This document shows positions 29,085 to 39,296 of a stretch of 64,000 bases of DNA, piece after piece. The translations under genes were made by a program, and so were the position numbers. Every line of letters begins with the position of its first letter. The stretch's first letter is position 1. Origin of the DNA: Candidatus Latescibacterota bacterium (GTDB lineage: Bacteria > Latescibacterota > UBA2968 > UBA8231); the NCBI GenBank assembly GCA_965221775.1, contig CBDCSU010000006.1, forward strand, positions 1,056,001 through 1,120,000, read 5' to 3'. The notes beneath the pieces are model-generated. The model saw only the letters and a program-made list of their open reading frames with translations. It ran no database searches and had not been told where the DNA came from.

Positions 29085-30670
29085 CCGGTCTCCGCGGGAT
29101 AGCGGACGTGGACCTCCACGTTCTGCACCACCACCGGCGGCCGCAGGCGCGGGTCCCGCTCCAGGAGGTCGATGCCGACGACGTGGACCCCCTTGCCGAC
29201 CTGGGCCGGCTCCAGCGGCCAGACGAGCCAGGTGTTCTCCGACACGTCCGCGGGATTCGTGCTGTCCCCGGCCGCAGGGCTGCGGCGCTCCGCCTCCCCC
29301 AGCCGCTGGCCGTCCAGCTCGACGGTGAGCCGGTCCCGCGGCGCCAGGTGGTCCAGGTCGACCTGCAGCTCCAGGACCGCGTCCTCGGACAGCTCCTCGT
29401 ACACGCCGACGTGGAACCGGGGACCGCCGCCGCCCGGCATGGGCCGCAGATCGACGGGGACCTCGCCGCCCAGCCGGTCGTCGCGCTCGGCGCCGTAGCG
29501 CAGCTCGCCGCGGTCGCGGATGTGGCGCTTCACGGCGGCGTGGACCTTGTCCTGGCGGCGCAGGGTGTCGGGTGCGCCGAGGCTCTGGAGCAGGGGCCTC
29601 ACCCTGAGCACGTGGCTGTGCCAGTTGAACAGGTGCACCCCCGTCGCTCCGCGCTCGTAGTAGCCGGCGGCCAGGCCGCGGAACCAGGCCTCCCGCCAAC
29701 GCGCGGCCGGCAGCAGGTGCCTCTGGCCCCACTCGCCGTGGCTGTCGAACCCGGGATAGAGCCGCACCTGGGTGCCGCGCATCATCTCCAGGTAGGCCTC
29801 CACCTCGACGCCGGGATCGGTCCCCGAGTTGGCCCCGGTGACGACGATGTCGCACAGGTCCTGCGCGATCCACGCCTCCAGGTCGTAGCCGACGCGGCGG
29901 TTCGTCTCCCGGGAGGCGCCGGCGCGCACGATCACGAAGAAGGGCCGGCCCCGCCGCTCGGCGATGGCGTCGCCGATGCGGCGCACCTGGCGGTGCAGGT
30001 CGGTGAGGGTGTGGCGCAACCGCCAGGCGTCCTCCTCGGGCAGGTGGAAGGCGTGGCGCTCCCAGTCGATCTCGACGCCGTCCCAGTCGGCCAGCTCGCA
30101 GGCCTCGGCGATGCGTTGCAGGGTGTACTCGCGGACCTCGGGGACCGCCATGTTCCACGACGTGGCCGCCCAGGCCGGGGCGCCGTCGCCGAGGACCCAT
30201 TCCGGGTGGCTCTTGCGGAAGGCGGTGAGATGGGGCCGCTCCGTGGCGGCCATCTCTTCGGGCTTCAGCGGTGGGGCGCGGCGCGCCTTGTCGGACCAGA
30301 AGTGGTTGTCGTTCATGCGGATCGAGGCGTACACGCCGAGCCCGAGTTGGTGGCCGCGGCGCACCATCTGCCCGTAGAGATCGACGCCGGCGTCGAACAT
30401 CGCCCTCAGGCTCTCGGCCCTCCGCATGTCGCTCACCGAGAAGTAGCGGCGCCCCTCGGACTCGCCGACCATGGGCAGGTGGTCCGAGGGCCAGTGGGCC
30501 TCCTCCACCCCCACGCACCACGACAGGGCGCCGACCTGGGTCCCCTCCAGGGGCCGGTAGATCCGCTCCAGCAGGTCCTCCACGGAGATGGGGACTTCGG
30601 CGTTCTTCAGGTAGCCGCCGTCGTTGTTGAGGATGATCCCGTAGTCGGGAGCGGGGGGACGCGGACTCAC
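29081..30670 (-). CDS. Glycosyl hydrolase-like 10 (GHL10/DUF187-like) TIM-barrel protein
   Basis: ILNNDG, ASIRMND, WNMAVPEVR, DGVEIDW, GVHLFN. Confidence 0.7.
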   Translation of the reverse strand: MSPRPPAPDYGIILNNDGGYLKNAEVPISVEDLLERIYRPLEGTQVGALSWCVGVEEAHWPSDHLPMVGESEGRRYFSVSDMRRAESLRAMFDAGVDLYGQMVRRGHQLGLGVYASIRMNDNHFWSDKARRAPPLKPEEMAATERPHLTAFRKSHPEWVLGDGAPAWAATSWNMAVPEVREYTLQRIAEACELADWDGVEIDWERHAFHLPEEDAWRLRHTLTDLHRQVRRIGDAIAERRGRPFFVIVRAGASRETNRRVGYDLEAWIAQDLCDIVVTGANSGTDPGVEVEAYLEMMRGTQVRLYPGFDSHGEWGQRHLLPAARWREAWFRGLAAGYYERGATGVHLFNWHSHVLRVRPLLQSLGAPDTLRRQDKVHAAVKRHIRDRGELRYGAERDDRLGGEVPVDLRPMPGGGGPRFHVGVYEELSEDAVLELQVDLDHLAPRDRLTVELDGQRLGEAERRSPAAGDSTNPADVSENTWLVWPLEPAQVGKGVHVVGIDLLERDPRLRPPVVVQNVEVHVRYPAETG

Positions 30671-31554
30671 CGCACCGGCTCCGTGGCGATCGTCCCGAGG
30701 GGCACCTCGAGCAGGTCGCGGCCGAGGATCACCTGTCCCTTGAAGACCTCGCCCACCTCTTGCAGGACGCGCTCCTGCACGCCGGGCGTCTCCAACTGCT
30801 CGGTCAGGTGGACGAGGACCAGCGTCTTGACGCCGGCGTCCCTCGCCGTGGCCGCCGCATCCAGGTGGCCGGAGCAGCAAGCGGTCAGGCGCTCGTCGTC
30901 CTCGGCGCCGTTGATGAAGTGGCACATGTGCAGCAGCACGTCGGCGCCGCGGGCGAGATCGGTGAGCCGCTGCACCGGCGCCGTGTCGCCGCCGAAGACG
31001 ATCGTCCCGCCGGGGGTGGTCAGGCGGTAGGCGAGGCAGGTGAGCTGGGGCTGCACGTGCACCACCTCGGCCACGTCGACCTGCCAGCCGCCGGCGACGA
31101 GGCGGTCGCCGTGGGACAGCTCGCGCACCTGCGGGTCGGGCTTCCGCCTCGGCATGACCCCGCCGCGGGCCTCGTACACGAAGTGGCTCCCCGGGTGCGC
31201 GGTGCGCGCCTCCAGGTCCGGGCCGAAGACACCGTCGGGGGAGAAGAGGCGGCGCGTCATGTGTGCCGTCGGCGGGGGGCCGTAGACCCGCAGCTCCGGG
31301 ATCTTGCCAACGCCCTGGTCCCAGCGCGTGAGGACCAGGCAGGCGTAGTCGACGCAGTGGTCGTAGTGCAGGTGGGTGAGGAACAGGTGGTCGATCGAGG
31401 GCAGCTCGACGCCGGCCTCGAGCATGCGCCGCACCGAGGCCGGCCCGCAGTCGAAGACCAGGGTCTGGTCGCCGGCGCCGACGAGATAGCTGGAGCCGCC
31501 GCGGTGGGCCAGGGGCGTGGGCGTGCCCGTGCACAGGAGCTGGAGCCGTGTCAC
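30667..31554 (-). CDS. MBL-fold metallo-hydrolase (RNase Z/AtsA-like)
   Basis: GTPTP, FDCG, THLHYDH, GDT, LVLVH. Confidence 0.85.
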   Translation of the reverse strand: MTRLQLLCTGTPTPLAHRGGSSYLVGAGDQTLVFDCGPASVRRMLEAGVELPSIDHLFLTHLHYDHCVDYACLVLTRWDQGVGKIPELRVYGPPPTAHMTRRLFSPDGVFGPDLEARTAHPGSHFVYEARGGVMPRRKPDPQVRELSHGDRLVAGGWQVDVAEVVHVQPQLTCLAYRLTTPGGTIVFGGDTAPVQRLTDLARGADVLLHMCHFINGAEDDERLTACCSGHLDAAATARDAGVKTLVLVHLTEQLETPGVQERVLQEVGEVFKGQVILGRDLLEVPLGTIATEPVR

Positions 31555-31579
31555 CGGGACCGGCCCGGGCGCCTCGCGA

Positions 31580-32371
31580 TCAGGAATGATCCACCGCCTC
31601 CCAGTGGGCCCGCACCGCGTCTTCGACCTCGCCGTCGCTCCACTTCTCCACGAGGGGGCACTGGTCCTCGGGCCAGTCGGGCAGGACGTAGGGGTTGGAG
31701 GCGGCCACGTAGGCGTAGATGAGCGACCAGCGCGGCTGCTCGCTGAGGTTGGGGTCCGAGGCGTGGAGGGTGTTGCCGTGGAAGTAGAGGACCGATCCCG
31801 GCTGCAGCTCGCAGTGGACCTCCTCCAGCTCCCGCAGGGCCAGCTCCAGGCGGCCGGGATCGGTGATCAGCTGGGAGCCGGAGGACCGGTGCTCGAGCCG
31901 GCCGAGGCGGTTGGAGCCGCGCACCACCTTCAGACAGCCGTTGGCGCGGGTGGCCGGATCGAGGGCGACCATGACGCTGGCGAAGGCGGGAAAGAGGAAC
32001 TGCTGGTAGTGGTAGCCGTAGTCCTGGTGATACTGCCAGCCCCCGGTGCGGGGGTCCTTCAGCATCTGAAGCTGATAGTAGTAGCGCACGCGATCGCCGA
32101 ACAACTGCTCCAGGGGCTCGACGATGCGGCGGCTGCGGGCCAGGGCGCTGTAGGCGTCTTCGCCGAGGGCCGGGCGGTAGGCCAGGCGGGTGTCGAGTCC
32201 CTCGCCCTCGTAGTTCTGGTTGCCCTTGGCGTCGGCGGAGAGCTGCGGGTCCCGGCGGGCGATCTCCAGGACCCGCGCCACGAGTCGGGGGTCGAGTTGG
32301 TCCTCCAGGATGAGGTAGCCGTCGTCCTCGAACCGGCGGATCCGTGCGGCGCTCAGGGTGGAAACGCTCAT
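31580..32371 (-). CDS. PhyH-family Fe(II)/2-oxoglutarate dioxygenase
   Basis: FEDDGYL, HQD, ALDPATRANGCL, FHGNTLHAS...NLSEQPR. Confidence 0.88.
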   Translation of the reverse strand: MSVSTLSAARIRRFEDDGYLILEDQLDPRLVARVLEIARRDPQLSADAKGNQNYEGEGLDTRLAYRPALGEDAYSALARSRRIVEPLEQLFGDRVRYYYQLQMLKDPRTGGWQYHQDYGYHYQQFLFPAFASVMVALDPATRANGCLKVVRGSNRLGRLEHRSSGSQLITDPGRLELALRELEEVHCELQPGSVLYFHGNTLHASDPNLSEQPRWSLIYAYVAASNPYVLPDWPEDQCPLVEKWSDGEVEDAVRAHWEAVDHS

Positions 32372-32430
32372 GCTTTCCTCGGAAATTATGGATTGACAAC
32401 TGATGAAATTTACGTTAATTCGTTCAGTTA

Positions 32431-33579
32431 ATGAACGGATATTCCTATATACCCCAGGCGCAGATGGCACGCCTCAAAGGTCTGGTCGCTCCCGGAAAGG
32501 TCGTGGTGGTCTACGGCCCCAGGAGGGTCGGGAAGACCACCCTCATCCGGCGCTATGCTCAACAGTACGACCCGGAGGCCCTGGTGGTGACCGGCGAGGA
32601 CATCTCGGTGCGCGAGTACCTGGAGAGCCAGTCCCTGTCCAGGCTGAAGGCTTTTGTCGGCCGGCGGCGCACACTGATCGTGGACGAGGCCCAGTACGTG
32701 CGGCACGTGGGGTTGAATCTGAAGCTCCTGGCCGATCACGTGGAGGATCTCCGCATCATCGCCACGGGCTCGTCGTCCTTCGATCTCGCCCAGCAGACCG
32801 GCGAGCCCCTGACGGGCCGCAAGTACACCCTGCTGCTCCTGCCCCTCGCGCAGATGGAGCTCCAGGGAGTGGAGGAAGCCCATGAGACGAAGGCCCAGCT
32901 CGAGCTGCGGCTGATCTACGGATCGTATCCCGAGGTCGTCCTCATGGAATCGAACGAAGACCGCGAGCTCTACATCAAGGAGCTTGTCGCTTCCTATCTC
33001 CTCAAAGACATCCTCCAGCTCGAAGGCGTCCGGCATGCCGCCAAGCTGCAGCGCCTGCTGCAGCTGCTGGCCTTCCAGGTCGGCCGGGAAGTCTCGGTGC
33101 CGGAACTGGGGACCCACCTCGGCATGACCCGGAACACGGTCGATCGCTATCTCGACCTGCTGGAGAAGGCCTATGTCGTCTACAGCCGGCACGGCTTCAG
33201 CCGCAATCTCCGCAAGGAGATCAGCAAGAGCCGCCGCTACTACTTCTACGACAACGGCCTCCGCAACGGACTGATCAGCAACTTCAACCCCCTGTCCCTG
33301 CGGCAGGACACGGGCGCCCTGTGGGAGAACTACATCCTCGCCGAGCGGCTGAAACACAACCTGTACACGGGGCGCCTGGCCGAGAGCCGCTTCTGGCGCA
33401 CCTACGACCAGCAGGAGATCGACCTGGTCGAGGAGTGGGGCGGACGCCTCGAGGCGGCGGAGATGAAGTGGTCCACCCGGGCCGGGGTCCGCGCCCCCGG
33501 CGGTTGGCGAAAAGCCTATCCCGACGGCTCCTTCCAGGTGGTTCACCCGGGGAACTACCTCGACTTCATCACCGGCTGA
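32431..33579 (+). CDS. AAA_14 ATPase with DUF4143 C-terminal domain
   Basis: GPRRVGKT, VDEAQ, ATGSS, LTGR, YFYDNG, FWR..DQQEIDLV, EMK. Confidence 0.88.
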   Translation: MNGYSYIPQAQMARLKGLVAPGKVVVVYGPRRVGKTTLIRRYAQQYDPEALVVTGEDISVREYLESQSLSRLKAFVGRRRTLIVDEAQYVRHVGLNLKLLADHVEDLRIIATGSSSFDLAQQTGEPLTGRKYTLLLLPLAQMELQGVEEAHETKAQLELRLIYGSYPEVVLMESNEDRELYIKELVASYLLKDILQLEGVRHAAKLQRLLQLLAFQVGREVSVPELGTHLGMTRNTVDRYLDLLEKAYVVYSRHGFSRNLRKEISKSRRYYFYDNGLRNGLISNFNPLSLRQDTGALWENYILAERLKHNLYTGRLAESRFWRTYDQQEIDLVEEWGGRLEAAEMKWSTRAGVRAPGGWRKAYPDGSFQVVHPGNYLDFITG

Positions 33580-35185
33580 GTCGAGCCCAGTCGTTGCCCC
33601 AGAAGCCCCAGTCCAGGACCTCGCCCTCCGAGTAGACGAGGTAGTCGGGCAGCAGCTGCATGTCGAGGTGACTCCCCCAGCAGATGGCGTCGGGCGCCGT
33701 GCCGCCGTGAACCGCCACGTAGCGCCGCGGGTTGCGGGGGTGGGGGAAGAGGGCGAAGAGAGCGGTGCGCTCGCCGCGGTAGAGCTTGCCGGCCAGGTGC
33801 AGGGCGCCGTCCTCGAAGGCCAGGGGCAGGTGCCTGGCCAGCAGCCCGAGCACCGCGTTGCTGGAGGGGGTTCCGTAGAGCAGCAGGTTGTGGCCGTTGC
33901 GGTCCTCGTCGCTCAGGTCCTCGTCCCGGACGATGGGGAGATCGACCGTGTTCTGGCCCATGATGCCGCCGCGGTGAACGCCGCCGTTGCGGCTGCGGAA
34001 GTACGCCGCGGCGTGGCCGGCCATCCAGTTGTTGAAGAAGCTCTCCTCCTCCGAGCCGGAGGTCCCGGGGACCAGCAGCAGGCCGTCGAAGAACAGGTCG
34101 CCCATGGGGCCGGAGCACCCGTGCCGCTTCTGGCTCAGCGGCTCGGCCCCCCTCTCCCAGGCGCCGTCCGGGCGGCGGCGGAAGGACTGGCGGCGCCCCG
34201 GGTCGAGGCCGCCAAGATCCTGGCCGTCGACGACCAGTTCCAGGGCAGCTCCCGCCTCCAGGGGCCCCAGGGACAGGGCGCGGACCCCCTCCGTGCTCAC
34301 CGTCAGGCGATCCCCGGACCGGCGGGCGTCCACCTCGCCGGGCGACTCGCAGCCGGCGAGCTGATCGATCTCCACCCAGTGGCAGCGGTTGTGGCGCAGG
34401 GTGTGGGCGACCAGGGAGACGTGGGCGGGAGACTCCGGCTTGCGCTGGTCCAGCAGCCACGGGATCACCCGCTTCCAGATCTCCGGCGTGCGGCAGTCGT
34501 GGCCGGTGGCGGGCACCTCGGTGTAGGTGTGGGGAAACCCTCGCTCCGCCAGCAGCTCCGCCATCTGGCGCGAGTGCGCCACGGGCACGCCGCCGCCCAC
34601 GGCCCGGTCCCACTCCCCGTGGACGATCCACAGCGGCGTGTGCCGCAGGTTGTCCACCAGGAAGGCCGCCGAGCGCGACTGCCACGACGCCTCCTCCCAC
34701 GGCTGCATGGGGAAGGCGAGGCCCCCGGGCTTCTCCCAGAGGCGATAGTCGCAGTAGCCGCAGAACGGCGCCGCCGCCGCGAAGAGGCCGGGATAGTGGG
34801 AGACCAGGTACCAGACGGCGGCCCCTCCCATGGAGGCGCCGGTGATGCTGATGCGCGCCCGGTCGATGGCGTGGTGGGCGGCGACATGCTCGATCGCCTC
34901 GAGGACGTCGACCTCGCCGTAGTTCTGGTAGACGGAGCCGGGGCCGCGTCCCGTGGGCCGCAGGACGACGCAGGACCGTCCCGCCCCGGCGGCGATGGCG
35001 GTCATCTCCTCGGTGAGGGCCACGGCCCCGGGCAGGTCGCTCATGGCGCCGGGGCTGACCTCGATGAGCAGCGGCTTGGGCTGCGGACCCGTATCGGTGG
35101 CGCAGACGGCGCAGGGGTGGAGCCGGCCGTCGACGGGGGAGCGGAAGTACTGGAGTTGGCCGGCGGGGGATCTCATGGGCGCCAT
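33569..35185 (-). CDS. Alpha/beta hydrolase (S9 peptidase/esterase-like)
   Basis: GASMGG nucleophile elbow; HGEWD; GH. Confidence 0.8.
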   Translation of the reverse strand: MAPMRSPAGQLQYFRSPVDGRLHPCAVCATDTGPQPKPLLIEVSPGAMSDLPGAVALTEEMTAIAAGAGRSCVVLRPTGRGPGSVYQNYGEVDVLEAIEHVAAHHAIDRARISITGASMGGAAVWYLVSHYPGLFAAAAPFCGYCDYRLWEKPGGLAFPMQPWEEASWQSRSAAFLVDNLRHTPLWIVHGEWDRAVGGGVPVAHSRQMAELLAERGFPHTYTEVPATGHDCRTPEIWKRVIPWLLDQRKPESPAHVSLVAHTLRHNRCHWVEIDQLAGCESPGEVDARRSGDRLTVSTEGVRALSLGPLEAGAALELVVDGQDLGGLDPGRRQSFRRRPDGAWERGAEPLSQKRHGCSGPMGDLFFDGLLLVPGTSGSEEESFFNNWMAGHAAAYFRSRNGGVHRGGIMGQNTVDLPIVRDEDLSDEDRNGHNLLLYGTPSSNAVLGLLARHLPLAFEDGALHLAGKLYRGERTALFALFPHPRNPRRYVAVHGGTAPDAICWGSHLDMQLLPDYLVYSEGEVLDWGFWGNDWARLSR

Positions 35186-35781
35186 CCTTGCTTCGTCACG
35201 ATCTGCGTGAGGTCACGCAGCGAAGAGTAGTCTGCAATCGTCTGGGCCAGCCGATGGACGGCCTGATCCATCCGGAATCTCTTCTGTCGCCTCCCGGGAA
35301 GGCCATTGGCCGCCCTGAGCAGATCATGCAGAGTCTTCTTGGAATCGGGCAGTCCTTCCAGTTGCTGTAACGCCGGCATCGAGAGTGGGACGGATCCACG
35401 TGGATTCCCCGCGGCGCTCCGCAGCGCGGCCTCGTCGATCAGCAACCACGCCTCTGTCATGCGCTCCGGCACCACGGCCACGGTGCGATTTCGATCCCAG
35501 GTCTCCACCGCGGCCACCGCATTCTCGATCTCCGCCAGGCGCCGTTCCTGCGGCTCGGACTCCGCATCACGGTGCACGAAAAGCAGATCGCACGGAAACA
35601 GCCTGACGGCCTGGGCCACTCGAGCCGCCAACGGCCTGGGAGGGGGACTCAAGCGTCTGAGGTCGGCCCAGTCGATGTTGACCGCAGAGGGAACCTGCTG
35701 CCGCAGAACCCACTGCAGGACCGGGATCAGGGCCCGGTCGCTCGGGCCATCGGTCAGGAGCGTACAGCGGAGTTCCTTCAA
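35173..35781 (-). CDS. DUF4276-like (TOPRIM-like) protein
   Basis: TDGPSD, LLFVHRDAE, MTEAWLL; TTGA overlap with the ATPase stop. Confidence 0.65.
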   Translation of the reverse strand: MKELRCTLLTDGPSDRALIPVLQWVLRQQVPSAVNIDWADLRRLSPPPRPLAARVAQAVRLFPCDLLFVHRDAESEPQERRLAEIENAVAAVETWDRNRTVAVVPERMTEAWLLIDEAALRSAAGNPRGSVPLSMPALQQLEGLPDSKKTLHDLLRAANGLPGRRQKRFRMDQAVHRLAQTIADYSSLRDLTQIVTKQGWRP

Positions 35782-37265
35782 CCCGCGTGCCCGTCGAAGG
35801 GCAGTAGCGTCTGCACGTCGTGGCGGTCTACTACCCTGGGCGATCCCCCCGGCCCGTCACCTGCGTGCGCTGCCTTCGAGAGCACCGGATTCAGGTAGGA
35901 CAGCAGCTTTCCGAGCGAGACCTCTCCCCCACCGTCTTCCCCGGCTCTCCAGGTGCCGGGAAGGCAGGAGCAAGAGAGTCTGTCGAACCGCGCTCCGCCT
36001 TTGGCCATCTCCTTGGACTCGGCCACCAGAAGGCTGTCTTCGGGGACCTGGGACACGACGGCCGGTGAATGGGTGTTGACGATCACCTGCCGCAGCGGGT
36101 TGTCGTCGCCCACCGGCTCATTCGTGTCCGTGGCGATGTCCTGAAGCAGGGACAGCATCGCTGGAATCCGCTCGGGGTGAATCCCGTTCTCCGGCTCCTC
36201 CAGGCAGAGCACTCCCCGGCATTGCGGGTCCACCTCCAGCACCGACAGCGCCAGGAAGCGCAGGGTGCCGTCCGACAGGGCCCGGGCCGGATGCTCGGTC
36301 CCGTCCCGCATGCGCACGCTGACCGTGAGCAGCTCCCGCCGTTCGTCCCGGTCGACCCGCAACTCGGCCACGTCCTCGACCAACTCCGAGAGCCGGTTGG
36401 CGACCTGGCCGTGGACCCTGGCTTCCCTCTCCTCGCGGCCGTTCCCACGCTCCAGGCTCTCTTCCCGGCCGAGTCTGTAGAGCGTCGCCGCGAGATGAGA
36501 CCCGTCCGAACCCAGTTCGTCCGGGTCGTTGAAGGAGTCGGGCTTTCGCATCGCCGAAGGCTCGAGCTGCAGGAGCCGCCAGGACTCCATCTCCCGGCGC
36601 GCGACAAGGGCCGTGGGACTCTCGGCCGTAGTCGACGACAGCACGGTTCTCGGCAGACTGGCTGCCGGGAAAGGGACCTGCCTGCCCCGGCTGCCGCCGT
36701 CTTGGTGCAGGCGGATGACCGGCTGTCCTCCGCGACTCTCCGTGGAGATGAAGGGTGGCTGCCGCTTGCCGTGCAGCACACTGTCCCTCCACTTCGACTT
36801 GCTGTGGGGGAAGGACAGTTGTCTGGGGGCGGTCCCCTTGCGGATGTGTGTCAGCTCCTCATGCCGAATCTCCAGTTCCCGGCCACCGGCTCGACCGGAG
36901 TCCTGCCGAAGTCCCAAGACCAGCCTATAGCGCGCGAAGGTCATGGTCGCGAGGGCCTTCTGGCCCAGGTCGTCCATCGCTTCCCTGGGCAGCAGCATCT
37001 CCGCTTCCAGGGACATTTCCACGGCGTACCGCCCCAGGGTGCGATGAAAGAGGCTGCGCACGTCCGTCGACCTGGCGTCCTCGTCGCGCACCGACAGGGC
37101 GGCCTCGGCCAGGGTCATCGTCGAGAGATTGCTCAGAAACCGGATCGCGTCGAAGAGATTGGACTTGCCCACGCCATTGGGACCGGCCACGCACGTGAAG
37201 GGGCCGAAACGGACGTCCAGGTCCACCAGGTTCTTGAAACCGGAAACCTTGAATCTCGTCAGCAT
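35778..37265 (-). CDS. ABC/SMC-type ATPase (AAA_21)
   Basis: GFKN, GPNGVGKSN, LSDGT, LEEPENGIHP, NTHS. Confidence 0.9.
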   Translation of the reverse strand: MLTRFKVSGFKNLVDLDVRFGPFTCVAGPNGVGKSNLFDAIRFLSNLSTMTLAEAALSVRDEDARSTDVRSLFHRTLGRYAVEMSLEAEMLLPREAMDDLGQKALATMTFARYRLVLGLRQDSGRAGGRELEIRHEELTHIRKGTAPRQLSFPHSKSKWRDSVLHGKRQPPFISTESRGGQPVIRLHQDGGSRGRQVPFPAASLPRTVLSSTTAESPTALVARREMESWRLLQLEPSAMRKPDSFNDPDELGSDGSHLAATLYRLGREESLERGNGREEREARVHGQVANRLSELVEDVAELRVDRDERRELLTVSVRMRDGTEHPARALSDGTLRFLALSVLEVDPQCRGVLCLEEPENGIHPERIPAMLSLLQDIATDTNEPVGDDNPLRQVIVNTHSPAVVSQVPEDSLLVAESKEMAKGGARFDRLSCSCLPGTWRAGEDGGGEVSLGKLLSYLNPVLSKAAHAGDGPGGSPRVVDRHDVQTLLPFDGHAG

Positions 37266-37376
37266 GTCAGCAGCTCCCTCGGCCCTCGCCGAATCTAGCC
37301 GACCCCTCCCACATCGGCAAAGCACCGCCGCCCTCCGCGTTGCCGGCCTTCCGCACCCGCCGTTACCTTCCGCCCC

Positions 37377-39191
37377 ATGACCAACCTCGGACAGTTCCTG
37401 GACCTGCTGCGGCGCGCGAAGGAGATCGTCGACGTGGAGGCGCCGGTCTCCTCCGACCTCGAGATCGCCGAGATCCACCGCCGGGTGATCGCCGCCGGGG
37501 GGCCGGCGCTGTTGTTCCGCAACGTCGAGGGGGCCGACTTCCCTTGCGTGACCAACCTCTTCGGCACGCCGCGCCGGGTGGAGCTGGCTTTCGGCCCGCG
37601 CCCGGGGCGGTTCCTGCGCGAGCTGGTCAGCCTCGCCCAGGACCTGCCCGACCTGTCGCCGGGCAAGCTGTGGTCCCGGCGGGAGCTGGCCCGGGAGGCG
37701 CTGCGGGTGGGCCTGAAGTCGGTGCGCTCCGCCCCCGTCACCGAGCGCCGCCAGGCGGAGCCCGACCTGACGCGGCTGCCCCTGCTCAAGACCTGGCCCG
37801 AGGACGGCGGCCACTTCGTCACCCTCCCCCTGGTCTACACCGAGCACCCCGGGACCGGCCACCACAACCTCGGCATGTACCGCATGCAGCGGTACGACGA
37901 GCGCACCCTCGGCGTGCACTGGCAGATACAGAAGGGGGGCGGCTTCCACTACCACGCCGCCGAGGGGGAGGGCCGGCCCCTGCCCCTCACCCTGCTGGTG
38001 GGCGGCCCCCCGGCGCTGATCCTGGCGGCGATCGGTCCGCTGCCCGAGAACGTGCCCGAGCTGGTGCTGGCCTCGCTGCTGCAGGGAGGCAAGGTCCGCC
38101 GCGCCCGCGTCGACGGCCACCCGCACCCGCTCCTGGCCGAGGCCGAGTTCGCCGTGCAGGGACACGTCCCGCCCCACGAGCGGCGGCCGGAGGGCCCCTT
38201 CGGCGACCACTTCGGCTACTACTCGCTGCGCCACGACTACCCCGTCCTGCGGGTGGAGCGCCTCTTCCACCGCCGCGACGCCGTCTTCCCCGCCACGGTG
38301 GTGGGCAAGCCGCCCCAGGAGGACCTGTGGCTCGGCAACTACATCCAGGAGCTGATGACGCCGCTGACCCGCCTCGTCATGCCTTCCATCCACTCCGTGT
38401 GGAGCTATGGCGAGACCGGCTACCACTGCCTGACCTCGATCGTGGTGGAGGAACGCTACAAGCGCGAGGCGATGAAGTTCGCCTTCCGCATCCTCGGCGA
38501 GGACGGCGGCCAGCTGGCGCTGACCAAGTTCCTCGTCGTCTACGACGGCCCGGGCGTCGACCAGACCGACTTCCGGCAGGTCCTGGCCCACGTGCTGGCC
38601 CGCTGCCGCTTCGAGACCGACCTCTTCGTCATCGCCAACCTCGCCATGGACACCCTCGACTACTCGGGTCCCGCCGTGAACGAGGGCAGCAAGGGGATCC
38701 TCCTCGGCATCGGCGATCCGGTGCGCGAGCTGCCGGGCGAGTTCAGCGGCGAGCTGCCCGCCGGCGCCCGCCAGGCGGCCGTCTACTGTCCCGGCGCCCT
38801 CGCCGTGGCCGGCCCCTCCTACGCCGAGGACCGGGACTACCCGCAACGCCTGGCGCGGGACCCGCGCGTTGCCTCATGGCCGCTGGTGTTCCTGGTCGAG
38901 GACACCGCCGTGGTCGAGCGCAACGTCGCCTTCCTGTGGAGCGCCTTCACCCGCTTCGAGCCGGCCGCCGACGTCCACGCCGCCGGCTCGCGGGTCCACC
39001 GCCACCACGAGGTCCTCACCCCGCCGGTGGTCTTCGACTGCCGCCTCAAGCCCGGCTTCCCGGAGGAGCTGTTCGTTGACGAGGAGACGCTGACGCGGGT
39101 GACGCGCCGCTGGCCGGAGTACTTCCCCGCCGGGAACGTGGAGGGCGAGGAGGACCGGCAGGGCTACGGCGGGTTCACGAGGATGGGGTGA
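37377..39191 (+). CDS. UbiD-family prFMN decarboxylase (MqnL-like)
   Basis: NLFG, NLGMYRMQ, EGPFGDHFGYYS, VVGKPPQED, DTLDYSG. Confidence 0.88.
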   Translation: MTNLGQFLDLLRRAKEIVDVEAPVSSDLEIAEIHRRVIAAGGPALLFRNVEGADFPCVTNLFGTPRRVELAFGPRPGRFLRELVSLAQDLPDLSPGKLWSRRELAREALRVGLKSVRSAPVTERRQAEPDLTRLPLLKTWPEDGGHFVTLPLVYTEHPGTGHHNLGMYRMQRYDERTLGVHWQIQKGGGFHYHAAEGEGRPLPLTLLVGGPPALILAAIGPLPENVPELVLASLLQGGKVRRARVDGHPHPLLAEAEFAVQGHVPPHERRPEGPFGDHFGYYSLRHDYPVLRVERLFHRRDAVFPATVVGKPPQEDLWLGNYIQELMTPLTRLVMPSIHSVWSYGETGYHCLTSIVVEERYKREAMKFAFRILGEDGGQLALTKFLVVYDGPGVDQTDFRQVLAHVLARCRFETDLFVIANLAMDTLDYSGPAVNEGSKGILLGIGDPVRELPGEFSGELPAGARQAAVYCPGALAVAGPSYAEDRDYPQRLARDPRVASWPLVFLVEDTAVVERNVAFLWSAFTRFEPAADVHAAGSRVHRHHEVLTPPVVFDCRLKPGFPEELFVDEETLTRVTRRWPEYFPAGNVEGEEDRQGYGGFTRMG

Positions 39192-39296
39192 TCGGAATTG
39201 ACATGTGCCCTGCAATCTTTCCGACTAGTTGGGTCGAGATTTGACCTAACTTGCATACGAGATGTGCGTCCGTAGATGCCAGCACTGGAAAACGCC

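Noticed and set aside
35778-38846. 1022-aa ORF suggesting a large ATPase fusion
   Set aside because: The N-terminal half is the antisense of the UbiD gene; the real start is MLTRF at 37265.
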